Source: Bdellovibrionales bacterium
Lineage (GTDB): Bacteria; Bdellovibrionota; Bdellovibrionia; Bdellovibrionales; UBA1609
DNA length: 64,000 nt
Reading direction: 5' to 3'
Assembly: GCA_965261545.1 (NCBI GenBank)
Contig: CBDHDF010000011.1
Location: 256,001-320,000, forward strand
The translations under genes and the position numbers were made by a program. Each line of letters begins with the position of its first letter. Position 1 is the stretch's first letter. The notes beneath the pieces are model-generated. The model saw only the letters and a program-made list of their open reading frames with translations. It searched no databases and was not told where the DNA came from. Below are positions 28,493 through 38,797 of this stretch, in pieces.

Positions 28493-30061
28493 TTGATGTT
28501 CTATAAAGACCTCCAATCTTTAACCAAGGAGGTCGAAATGAGAACAAAGATGGATCATGAGCGTTACACAAAAATAAAATCATTAATAAAGGCAAATATT
28601 CCCGACCGAGAAATCAGTCGCCGCATGAAATGCTGCACCAAGACTCTTAGAAAGATAAGACGTGGTCTTTTAACAGACCCCAAGGATTGGAAGACCCAAA
28701 GAGAAATTCCCCCTTGGTCTTACGGTATAGATTGGAAGATTATTGAGAAGGAGATTGAGGATAGGCATTGTTTAAGTGACGTTTGGGAGGAAAAATTTCT
28801 GAAGGTCATTAGCTACCCCCAGTTTACGAGGGAGTTTCATAAGCAATTTCCAAAAGCTGGCAAAAGGATTATTACCTTGCGTGATTTTCAGCCAGGCCAC
28901 CAAGTTGAGGTTGATTACGCAGGGTTTCAGCAAGAGTGGATCGATGAAGACCTTAATATTCATAAGGCCCATATATTTTGCTCAAATCTATGTTTCTCTC
29001 AGCGTATTTTTGCTTATGGCTCTTTGAGCGAATCCAGTGAAGATTTTCTTCATGCTCACGTTCTGATGTTTGAATATTACGGTGGGGTTCCGAGAGTGGT
29101 TGTTCCTGATAATTTAAAGACTGGAGTGAACACACCCCATTTGTATGATCCAGAGTTGAATAAATCCTACCAAGAGCTTTTGGAACACTATGACACGGTG
29201 GCTGTTCCCGCTCGAGTTCGTCGTCCCCAGGATAAAAGCCTTACTGAGAATGCCGTGAAGCTCGTTACAAGGGCCCTCAGGTTCATGTACAGACGAGAGA
29301 CCTTCACCAGTCTGGATCAAATTAATAAGGCTTTAAGGGAGGTGTGCGAGAAGATAAATGCTCGCCCTCACACAAGATTTAAGGTCTCCCGCAATGAAAA
29401 ATTTCAACGAGAGGTAAAAACTTTAAAACCCTTGCCTTCTTTTCCCTACCGGTGGGGACGTTGGGAGAAGAAAAAACTCCACCAAGACTGTCATGTGAGC
29501 GTTGAATCCAACTTCTACTCGGCTCCGTTTCAGCACCGAGGGGAGTATGTAGATGTAAAAATTGGAGTGGAGAGTGTGGAGATTTACTTTCAAAAACAGC
29601 TCCTCGCTCGCCACAAGAGGACCAAAGGTAAACTCGGAGAGTACATCACCAAAAACGAACACCTCCCGGAGCCCAGTCGCGCCTACAAGGAGGCCACTCC
29701 CCAGAACATTCTCATTCAAGCAAGTATGATTTGTAAAGAGCTTGAAAACTTCATTGAGGAGCTTTTTCAGGGTGGGACCATTGAAAATCTCAGAAGAGCT
29801 ATGGGCTTTGTAAGCTCCTGTCACAAAGAAATCCAGAAAGAGGGCAAGGAAAAGTCCCTTCCTCTCATTATCAAAGCCCTTGAGGACTGCAAGCAGTGGG
29901 AGAAAAGGAGGGTTAGATATTTTCAGCAACAACTCCATTTCTATAAAGGGCAAAAAATAAAAAAGGTGAACGAGAAAATAGATCGTAAACAAGGCAACCC
30001 TTATTTGCGACATAACGAAAATCCAAATAACCAAAGCCCCAAGGAGGTGCCAGATGGATGA
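28493..30061 (+). CDS. istA: IS21 transposase IstA
   Basis: PGHQVEVDY, VPDNLKTGV, PQDKSLTENAV, YSAP. Confidence 0.95.
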   Translation: MMFYKDLQSLTKEVEMRTKMDHERYTKIKSLIKANIPDREISRRMKCCTKTLRKIRRGLLTDPKDWKTQREIPPWSYGIDWKIIEKEIEDRHCLSDVWEEKFLKVISYPQFTREFHKQFPKAGKRIITLRDFQPGHQVEVDYAGFQQEWIDEDLNIHKAHIFCSNLCFSQRIFAYGSLSESSEDFLHAHVLMFEYYGGVPRVVVPDNLKTGVNTPHLYDPELNKSYQELLEHYDTVAVPARVRRPQDKSLTENAVKLVTRALRFMYRRETFTSLDQINKALREVCEKINARPHTRFKVSRNEKFQREVKTLKPLPSFPYRWGRWEKKKLHQDCHVSVESNFYSAPFQHRGEYVDVKIGVESVEIYFQKQLLARHKRTKGKLGEYITKNEHLPEPSRAYKEATPQNILIQASMICKELENFIEELFQGGTIENLRRAMGFVSSCHKEIQKEGKEKSLPLIIKALEDCKQWEKRRVRYFQQQLHFYKGQKIKKVNEKIDRKQGNPYLRHNENPNNQSPKEVPDG

Positions 30062-30806
30062 AGTACAAATCAAAAACCACATGCATGAGTTGAAGCTCTA
30101 TGGAATGTTAGACAGCCTTGAAGTGGCGCTGGATAACACAAGCCACAAGACTCAAGCATTGGATCTATTGAACGAGCTGTTATTTGCAGAAGTGGAGGCT
30201 CGGAAAATCCAATTCAGCCAAAGACTTCTCAAGACCTCAAAGCTGCCTCACAAGGTCAGAGGTGAGGCATTTGACCACCATGCCAAAAGGTCTATTAGTA
30301 AAAGAGAGGTGGATAGGCTTCAAACTTTATCATGGGTTAAGGAGCAAAGGTCTATCATTGTCGAAGGGCCAACGGGGGTGGGTAAAACCTTCTTGGCCCA
30401 GAGCCTGGGACACCAGTGTTGTCAATCCAGAATCTCCACACTGTTTATAGACATCAACATATTTCTAGAAACCTTGGCCCTGGAAAGGCACTCAGGAAGG
30501 TATTTGAACTACTTGCGTCGTCTGGGCCGCCCCCAAGTGTTAATTTTTGATGACTTTGGATTAAGGAAGTTCTCCCAAAGTGAATCCACAGACTTCTGCG
30601 ATATTTTAAAGTTTCGTTCCGATAGGTCCACCATTATTACCACTCAACTGCCAATAACGCATTGGTCAGAAATTATTGATGATGAGGTGCTGGCAGATAC
30701 TATCATCGACCGTTTGAAGCATACCGCCATAAAAATTTTACTTAAAGGAGAGAGTTATCGAAAAATCCAGGGAACAAAACTTGACCAGGACTTTTCCCTA
30801 AAATAG
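30054..30806 (+). CDS. istB: IS21 helper ATPase IstB
   Basis: GPTGVGKT, LIFDDFG, IITTQ, IIDRL. Confidence 0.95.
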   Translation: MDEVQIKNHMHELKLYGMLDSLEVALDNTSHKTQALDLLNELLFAEVEARKIQFSQRLLKTSKLPHKVRGEAFDHHAKRSISKREVDRLQTLSWVKEQRSIIVEGPTGVGKTFLAQSLGHQCCQSRISTLFIDINIFLETLALERHSGRYLNYLRRLGRPQVLIFDDFGLRKFSQSESTDFCDILKFRSDRSTIITTQLPITHWSEIIDDEVLADTIIDRLKHTAIKILLKGESYRKIQGTKLDQDFSLK

Positions 30807-31030
30807 GAAGAAATAGGATTACAAATTAACTAAAATTTTCCCCAGAAATGGGAAGGAAAATCATCAATGACGCATTGAAATAGGGAAAGTGAGGGTAATG
30901 GGTGCAACCAGTGCGGGCAATACGCGCAATTGTACAACTAGACAATGAAGTCTCTTCTTCTGATATAGATACTAAGCTCACAGAGTCCCTCCCTCTTGCA
31001 ACTCAAAAGGTTAGCAATGAGGAGGATCTT

Positions 31031-32496
31031 ATGATTAGTCAATACACTTTCGGCCGCATTCGTGACCTGAGTCACAGTGGTAAAAATAAGACAGAAATAT
31101 CTCGTGAATTAGGGATCAATCGTAAGACGGTGCGCAAGTACTGTGAGTCAACACCCCACCGAAGTACAAGGCGAGGTCCAAAAGAACTCGCCCAGATCCC
31201 CTTAATGGATATATGGATCGGGTGAAGTACTTTTTGAAGTTGAACCCAAGTAACACCGCCCGTGAAATATATGAGCTATTAGTTGAGGAGGGTTATCGTG
31301 GGAGTGAGAGAACGGTTCAGAGAAGAGTTTGTGAGATTCTTGGTTCTCGCCCCAAGGAGCGTTTTTTCAGCCAAAGATATGATCCTGGAGAACAGGCTCA
31401 GTTTGATTTTAAGGAGAAGGTTGCTTTACCATTTGCCGATGGTGTTCAGATCGTTCATCTCCATTTTGGAACATTGCCTTGTAGTGGCACCTGTTGGGTT
31501 CGTGCCTACCCCTTTCTTGTCTATGAGTGTTTCATCGATGGGGTGCATGCTTTTTTTGAAAAGATAGGTGGGATGAGTGCGAACATCCGTATTGATAATT
31601 TATCTCCCTGTGTGAAGAAAGTTCTTAAAGGAAATCAGCGAATTTACACCCAATCTTTTGATCGAGCCATCCAATACTATGGATTTAAGGTTCTTCCCTG
31701 CCGCGCAGGGAAGGGCTCTGACAAGGGAGATGTGGAGCGTGATATTCGAACCTTCAGTTCTCGGATAAAAAATATTGTTAGAAACAAAGGAATTATTTTT
31801 AAAGACTGGGATCATTTGAATCAGTTTTTAGAGTCTTATATGGATCAGCATCAGAGTGACTCCACCAAATCTCGCTTTGAGGAGGAGGCCAAAGTTCTTA
31901 AGCCTTTGCCTCCACGAGATGAAGATATTCTCTGTAAGGTGAATATTTGTCAAAGTAATGGTTATGGGACTTTGAGAATAGGTAAAACCACATATTCCAT
32001 ACCTGATGAGGTGATCCAATCTCCCTGTAAAACCGTACAGGGTCCCTATCATGTCACGATCTATCGTGCAGGAGGGAAGCAAGAAATTGTCGCTCGCCAT
32101 CAAAGAAAACCTGATGGGGAGCATAGTCTTCTTCTTGAACATATCCTTCCCTCTTTAGTTCGTAAGCCGCAAGCCATGGTAAGATGGGCTCACCGATCCA
32201 TTCTTTTTCCAACAAATGTGTTTGAAAATTTTTATCAATACCTCAAGCAACAAGATTCAAGCCGTGCCGAGCATGAATATTTAAGAGTTATCAACTTGAT
32301 TCAGCATGTGAGTTGGCAGGACTTATCTACAGCCATGGAGCTTCAATTAGAAAGTCGTGAGATTTTCGACTTTAAATCCATAAAAGATTTGCTCTTAGGC
32401 AATCCCACCAAAATTAATTTGAATGACCAACAAAAACCACTTCAACCTAGATTGTCTCAATATGACAGTCTTGTTCCAAACATAGGAGGTTCTTAA
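31031..32496 (+). pseudogene. istA: IS21-B IstA with a 1-nt frameshift near 31150
   Basis: HTH start MISQYTF..RKTVRKY lies in one frame; the DDE body (PGEQAQFDF, IDNLS, DKGDVE) lies in another. Confidence 0.85.
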
Positions 32497-33278
32497 TGAA
32501 TCACGAAGAACTTATAGGTTCTCTTAAAAAACTCCGACTTCCAGCGATGGCGGATGAATATGTTGCAACGGCTAGAGTTGCCGAAAAAACAAAAAAGACG
32601 TATGAACAGTATTTAGGTATACTCGTTCAAAATGAGCTTGCTGACAAGCATTCCCAGAGAGTGAAAAGATTGCTTAAGGGGGCCAAGCTTCCTCAACTTA
32701 AATCACTCCAAACTTATAACTTCCAGAAAAGAACGGGAGTGACAGCTCAGCAAATTAATTGGATGGCAGAGGGAGAGTGGGTCAGAAAAGCCTGTAATGT
32801 TGTGTTTTACGGAAGCTTTGGAATGGGGAAAAGTCATTTGGCCATGTCCCTAGTTCGTTCACTCTGTGAACAAGGCTATCGATGTTTATGGGTCACCACT
32901 CATGAACTTATTGAAACAATGCGTGAAAGCAAGAAAGAACTCTCATTGAATGCTCTTTTTAAGAAATTAGACCGTTTTGATCTTATTGCTTGTGATGAAC
33001 TTGGCTATACAGCTTCCTGCACAGAGGGTGCTGATCTTTTCTTTCAATTCATATCTCAGCGATATGAAAGGAAAAGTCTCATGATCACTACAAACTTAAC
33101 TTACTCTGAATGGGATAAGGTGTTTCTTAACCCTATTACCACCGCTGCTGCTGTTGATCGAATTATTCACAACTGTGAAACCCTCAACATTGAAGGAAAA
33201 GAAAGTTGGAGAACCGAATCGGCAAAAGCCAAGTCTAAACAGAGCAAAGAGGAAAGTTCAACCAAAGAAGTTCATTAG
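32496..33278 (+). CDS. istB: IS21-B IstB ATPase
   Basis: GSFGMGKSH, DELGY, ITTNL, AAVDRIIH. Confidence 0.93.
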   Translation: MNHEELIGSLKKLRLPAMADEYVATARVAEKTKKTYEQYLGILVQNELADKHSQRVKRLLKGAKLPQLKSLQTYNFQKRTGVTAQQINWMAEGEWVRKACNVVFYGSFGMGKSHLAMSLVRSLCEQGYRCLWVTTHELIETMRESKKELSLNALFKKLDRFDLIACDELGYTASCTEGADLFFQFISQRYERKSLMITTNLTYSEWDKVFLNPITTAAAVDRIIHNCETLNIEGKESWRTESAKAKSKQSKEESSTKEVH

Positions 33279-33306
33279 AGATCCCCACTTTTGGGGAAGG
33301 AACTCG

Positions 33307-33402
33307 CCAGTTATCCACAAAATTTATCCACAGCAGCACTGCGTTGCTAGACATCGGGGTCACAGCCGCAGTGTCGCCATGGATAAATTTATGGATAACT
33401 GG
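33307..33402. other. Long hairpin with DnaA-box sequences in the IS21-B right end
   Basis: TTATCCACA at 33311 and 33324; arms CCAGTTATCCA..TGGATAACTGG. Confidence 0.8.
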
Positions 33403-35109
33403 CTTTTACCGTACTATTTGCTCGTCACTCTCGCGGAGCTTTAGACATTAGCTGCGCCAAGGAATCCTGAAAAATACTCCATTTACCTCTGCCATAGGGC
33501 TGAAGGATGCATTTGGGGTCATGCCAAAAGTGGTGGGCAGAAAATCATTCCTCAGAATCTTGTGGCATAGTCCGAGTTAAATGATGAGCAAAATAAAGAC
33601 ACTTGACTAAACTCTGAACGAAGAATAACTAAATCAGTACATCATCAACTGGCCGTTTTTCATTGGCGACGGCTTCTAAAAATGGCCAATTTTAATTGGC
33701 GCCTAACAACAGTCCCATATTATTCGTCAATGTATAATTGACATTTTTTCCTTCAAGCGATTTTGTCAGTCACAATGCATTATAAGTTAATGGGGAGGTG
33801 GACATCTTCGCTGGTCTATATAATTGGCCTCTTTAGTTACTCTGGACTTTTGATTGTATTATGGAGCCGTAATGGGATCATATCAGAACTGGAAAGAACT
33901 CAAATAAATAATTATCATCTTGGTTGAAAAAAAATCAGCAATGGCTCTCTCAAAAAAATGGAAATTCCAATCTCATCAAAGGGTTCATGTGTTTAGGTTC
34001 CCATACTATATTACCCCCTTTTTTTTATTTTTTTTAACTTAGGATATTCGAGAAATACCAGAATTGGGATGAAATATGAAAAAAAATGGAAACCCAAATC
34101 TGCACCAAGAGGGCATGTATTTAGGTTCCCATACTATATTACCCTAACCATAGTCTCGGTATTCCAGTACTTCTGTCAACGCCTTAGAGGGGCTTTTAAG
34201 CCCCCTTATAAGGCAGGTGGTGGACCTTATTAAAAAACTTAGTTGTCAAAACGGTCACCGTATTCAATGGCAAACCTGTTCATGGCTGGCTTCCAGTTGT
34301 GTAATGGTCGTGTCCATCGCTTAGAGGCCATTTTTATCGCTAAATATACAACTTTTAAAGCCGACCGATCACTGGGAAATATCTTACGATTTCTGATCGC
34401 CTTGCGGATCACGCTATTTAACGACTCTATGGCGTTTGTGGTATAAAAAATCTTTCTGATTTCATCCGGATAATCGAAAATAGTGATGAGATTGTCCCAA
34501 TTCCTACGCCAAGACTTTTCAATATTAGGATACTTTGAAGACCACTTGGTACAAAATTCCTCAAGGGCCTTTTCAGCTTCTGTCAGAGTCGTAGAGCCAT
34601 AAATGGACTTGAGGTCTTGGGCGACAGCTTTCATATCCTTGGAAGGAACATAGCGAAGGGAATTGCGGACCATATGGACAATGCACAGTTGCACTTTAGA
34701 CTTGGGAAAAGCCGCTGAAATGGCTTGAGGAAAACCTGTAAGACCATCTACAGAAAATATAAATACATCTTTCAACCCTCGATTTTGCAGCTCAGTCAAA
34801 ACACTCAACCAAAACTTTGAACCCTCATTTTCAGAAATCCATAGGCCCAACAAGTCTTTCTGACCCTCCTCTGTAATACCAAGAGCTAGGTAAATCGCCT
34901 TATTAATAACTCTCTTGTCTTGATGGACCTTCACCACGATACAGTCCAAAAATACGGGTATATCCGAGTTTCTCAACAGAAAATGGGCCTAATTTCGACG
35001 TTGCAGAATTACCGCATTAAAAACCAAGAAAATAATTCAATTTCCATGATTTATCCCCCTCATTACTTTACCCATAACAAAACCATGGTTTAATCTCTTA
35101 ATTTACTTA

Positions 35110-36375
35110 TTGGAAAATAATACAGGAGATGCCATGGTCTTGAATAAGTTTATTATAAAGATGTTGAAATTATCATTCTTAAAAGTGACTTGGGTTAAAT
35201 TTAAAAATCGAAATCAAGAACTTCACTTAGGGGTTAAACCCCATAAGAATGGCTGCCGCTGTCCTCATTGTGGACGCCGCTGTAAGATACTTAGATGCTT
35301 AGAAGAAAGAGTGTGGCAAGATATCGTCGTGTGCGGTACCCCCATTTATTTCCATTATTCTCCGAAGGAAGTTCTGTGTCCCACTCATGGTCGTATTATG
35401 GAGAGAATTCCTTGGGCCGACCACTTCAGTCGAGTCACCTATCGTCTGGAACTAACAATTCTGACCCTGACCAAGCAGATGACCCAAAAAGCCGTTTCAG
35501 AGCTTGTCAAGATACCCACATCCACCTTATCTGATCTTATTCATCGAATCATCCACAGGGAACGAGATGGTCACAAAATTCGTGGTTTGGAGGTCATTGG
35601 AGTCGATGAAATTTCTTATGCTAAGGGAAGGAAGTTTATTACCTTGATTTACGACATGAAGAAAGGCTGTGTCGTTTGGATTGGAAAAGGTAAGGGTAAG
35701 GAGACAATAGACTCCTTTTTTACAAAGGAACTCAGCCAATATCAGCGAGACAAAATTAGAGTGGCTTGTTGTGATATGGCTCAAGGCTACATCTCCTCTA
35801 TCAAGGAGCATTGTAAGAATGCTACTCTCGTTTTGGACAAATTTCACATTATTCAATCCCTCAACAGGGCTGTGGATGAGGTGAGAAAAGAAATTTGGAG
35901 AGATGCCTGCAAGAAGGACAGAAAGGCTATTAAGGGAACTCGCTGGTTGATAGCCTACAGTTCATCCTCTCGTAGTAAGGCCCAAACTCGTAAAATTAAC
36001 CTCATGGAGAAATCTAACAATAAAATATTCAGAGCATGGCTGCTTAAAGATAATTTTGAGCATTTCTGGGATTATGTGAGTCCAGGTCATGCTGCGAATT
36101 TTCTGAATGCCTGGATCACTCGTGCCTTAAGATCACGCATTGATTCTATGAAAAAGTTTGCCTTGATGCTCAGGAAGCACCAAGAAAATATTCTTTCCTT
36201 CATTAAAGATCCTGTCACAAATGCCAAGGCTGAGGGAATCAATCGCCTTCTAAAGATCATAAAAAATCGGGCTTCAGGATTTAAGAACCTACAGGGTTTT
36301 GAGAATATGATTTACTTGTGTGCTGGGGATTTGGATATTGTTGGAAGTTTCCCCAAGCGTTTTTGTACATTATAG
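35110..36375 (+). CDS. ISL3 transposase
   Basis: CPHCG zinc finger, IGVDEIS, CDM, DKFHI, TNAKAEGIN. Confidence 0.95.
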   Translation: MENNTGDAMVLNKFIIKMLKLSFLKVTWVKFKNRNQELHLGVKPHKNGCRCPHCGRRCKILRCLEERVWQDIVVCGTPIYFHYSPKEVLCPTHGRIMERIPWADHFSRVTYRLELTILTLTKQMTQKAVSELVKIPTSTLSDLIHRIIHRERDGHKIRGLEVIGVDEISYAKGRKFITLIYDMKKGCVVWIGKGKGKETIDSFFTKELSQYQRDKIRVACCDMAQGYISSIKEHCKNATLVLDKFHIIQSLNRAVDEVRKEIWRDACKKDRKAIKGTRWLIAYSSSSRSKAQTRKINLMEKSNNKIFRAWLLKDNFEHFWDYVSPGHAANFLNAWITRALRSRIDSMKKFALMLRKHQENILSFIKDPVTNAKAEGINRLLKIIKNRASGFKNLQGFENMIYLCAGDLDIVGSFPKRFCTL

Positions 36376-36441
36376 TTTTTATTGTCGATCAACATTTCTT
36401 TTTCCAATTCACCTCCCCATACTAACTCCGCCAAGATGAGT

Positions 36442-36537
36442 CAGTTATCCACAGACTCATCCATGGCGACGCTGCGGCTATGGCCCTCGGAGCCACAATA
36501 AAGCAGCGCTGCTGTGGGTGAGTCTTGTGGATAACGG
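36442..36537. other. Long hairpin with DnaA boxes in the ISL3 right end; homolog of 33307-33402
   Basis: TTATCCACA at 36445 and TGTGGATAA at 36526. Confidence 0.8.
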
Positions 36538-37312
36538 CGGCTCTCCACACAAGTGATTTGGTAGCCCTGTCCTCCGTGTTTTTATGTACAAATCTTAGGA
36601 ATAACCTGTACATCCAGTTTTTAGCTATTTCCCTAGGGAATTTGGACTTTAGGCTCCGAGAAACTCGGATATAGCCAAAAATACGATAGGGTAAGTGCTA
36701 TCCAAGGGGCGGTTCTGCCAAGCCGTAACTTCATCAATAACAGCATCCGTCACGTTGGCTATCACTGAGTGGGATATCTCTGCACCATGGTAGAGGTCTT
36801 TGATAGCTCCTTGAATATCCCTGGTCGTCATTCCCCTCGCATAGAGGGTCAGGATACTGTCTTCAAAGCCCTCAAGACGAGTCTTACCCTTGGGAATGAC
36901 TTGAGGTTCAAAGGAGGCACTTCGGTCACGGGGGACCTGAAGCTCCACCTCGCCTTTCTCTCCCTTTATGGTCTTTCTACTGTAACCATTGCGAGTGTTG
37001 GATTTGCGGGTCTCAGACTTCTCATGCCTCTCATAACCTAGGTGATCGTCCATTTCCGCATTAAGGGCCGTCTCTAAAACAACCTTCATCAGTTGACCCG
37101 TTATGTCGGATAAATCCTTTTGGGTCTTGACGTTCTTCGCTAGTTCCTTGCCTATTGTCTTGATATCCATTCTGCCTTCTCCTTTCAGGATGATAGTTCA
37201 TCCTAATATGATTCGGCAGTTACACAAAATAGTTTACAGGCTCCTTGAAACGCAAGCACATGCCTGAGACGTCACCCTCTTGCAAGTCTGAGAGACTTTC
37301 AAAAGCCTTGGC

Positions 37313-37341
37313 GGCAGTTACACAAAATAGTTTACAGGCTC
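37313..37341. repeat. Orphan IS256 terminal IR
   Basis: GGCAGTTACACAAAATAGTTTACAGGCTC, identical to 37215-37243. Confidence 0.9.
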
Positions 37342-38530
37342 TATCTTTATCAAAGTATAGTTTTATCATTTCTTTGTTTTGAATATTTTTTGTGCAGAAA
37401 AGGCAAAAATATCCATCAATCTCTTCGTCACTCTCCAATATATTTTTCCTTATCCTTCCTGAGGGGGTAAAATACTTTTCTAAACATGCCTTAATAGGTT
37501 TCCCTTTAGATAATGATTTTTGAGCATGCTGTATCTCACGATGACGAGACTCTTGTATTTCAACTCTTTTCCGATCATTATAACAAATAGCCAACTTTCC
37601 TTTAACTCTGTTAAATGAATAGTCTACTTTTTTTATATAGAATACTCTTTTCTCTAATGGGATCATATTTGAAACATTTTTTATCCCACCATCATTTATA
37701 ACCTCTCGGACTGTGCTTTTTTCTTTACTGTTCATTGGAACTCCACATAGCGTGTTCCACCCCAATTTCTTGACCTCTCTTAGGTTTTCTCCAGAAGGAA
37801 TTCCTCTATCATACACAAGAAGACCTGAGCGGAGATTATAGTGAGAGAATTCTTGTACAAGGCCAGATAGGGTTTTGCTGTCGGCAATATTTCCATCAAA
37901 TGTCTTGTGGAAAACAGGAACCCCTTCTTTCTGAGTTACACATAGACCTACTTGAATAAGCGGTTTATCTTTTTTTCCTTCTTTGCTATGACCTAGCTTT
38001 CCTATTGTGCATTTTTTCCCATATAAATATGTATTAGTAACATCATACACCATTCCTCGCAAAGACAGCTTATATTTTCTTTTGGCAACATTAAATACAT
38101 TCCTCTGAATAGACTCTATCTTACTTTCAGTTAAAGTATCTAGAGATGTTAGCAACCGATATTCTGTTAAACCATCTAAATCCAATATATTATTTAAATC
38201 TGTTCTCTCAAACCATTCAGGCATATTATTTAGGCTCTGATAGTTTAGACAGTGGGCATATACCATACTTAATATTTCATTAGAGTAAGACCCCAACATA
38301 TTTTGTAGTTCTAATTTTTTAGAAATACTATCTAAAACCAATAATGGTCCATATACTTTCACCTCATTGACTTGAAGGTCATCAGATGATATCGATATTA
38401 CCTTTTTTTCATCTACCTCTTTCCCAATGTAACGAATATGTTTCTGTACTACTTTTCCATTAATTCTCTTACCTTCTACTTCTGCTAAATATGTTTTTCC
38501 ATTTTTTTTTATTTTTCTGATGTAACTCAT
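37342..38530 (-). pseudogene. IS1634-like transposase, 3'-truncated
   Basis: YDVTNTY, GHSKEGKKD..Q, FDGNIADSKT, YDRG, DGYFCL; breaks at YFDKD before the catalytic Glu. Confidence 0.8.
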
Positions 38531-38797
38531 ATTTCCCCTCTCACTAGTGTTGTGTATAATTTATACACAACAAAATAAAGGGAGGCAATAGTAATTTATG
38601 AGAATTTTCTAAAAAAATAATGATTTTTCAGAAGGAGAAGGGCATGTTATGAAAAAATATAAAGATAGTCTATAAATGTTGTGTATAAAAATGGCCACGA
38701 ATTCAAGTCTAGCATCCAAGCTAGTGAGCATGAGGAAGCCTTCTAAAGGCTTTCTAAAAAAAACAAAACTGGGTTTAAGCTATCATCGGAAAATACT

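Larger units (their letters stand above)
28315..30936 (+). mobile_element. IS21-family element A, copy 1 (complete)
   Basis: Ends TGTAAAATTGC / GCAATTGTACA; 6-bp TSD ACTAGA. Confidence 0.92.
27836..33708 (+). mobile_element. IS21-family element B (contains nested IS21-A)
   Basis: Ends TGTTAGCTGACAATTAAAAT / ATTTTAATTGGCGCCTAACA; 5-bp TSD ACAGT; internal GTCGCCAATKAAAA repeats. Confidence 0.9.
34956..36676 (+). mobile_element. ISL3-family element
   Basis: IRs GGGTATATCCGAGTTTCTC / GAGAAACTCGGATATAGCC; 8-bp TSD AAAAATAC. Confidence 0.92.
34239..37170 (-). pseudogene. IS256 transposase copy 2, split by ISL3 (parts 36677-37170 and 34239-34955)
   Basis: Both halves match the 13622-14824 protein. 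Confidence 0.92.
27748..37243 (-). mobile_element. IS256 with cargo, copy 2, interrupted by IS21-B and ISL3
   Basis: Same IRs as copy 1. Removing 27836-33713 and 34956-36684 restores the copy 1 structure. No flanking TSD. Confidence 0.9.

Noticed and set aside
33307..33402. DnaA boxes as oriC or a plasmid origin
   Set aside because: They lie inside TSD-bounded IS elements, with no dnaA/rep gene or obvious unwinding element.
37220..37341. C-terminal extension of the IS1634-like ORF
   Set aside because: It is read-through into IS256 IR sequence after the truncation.
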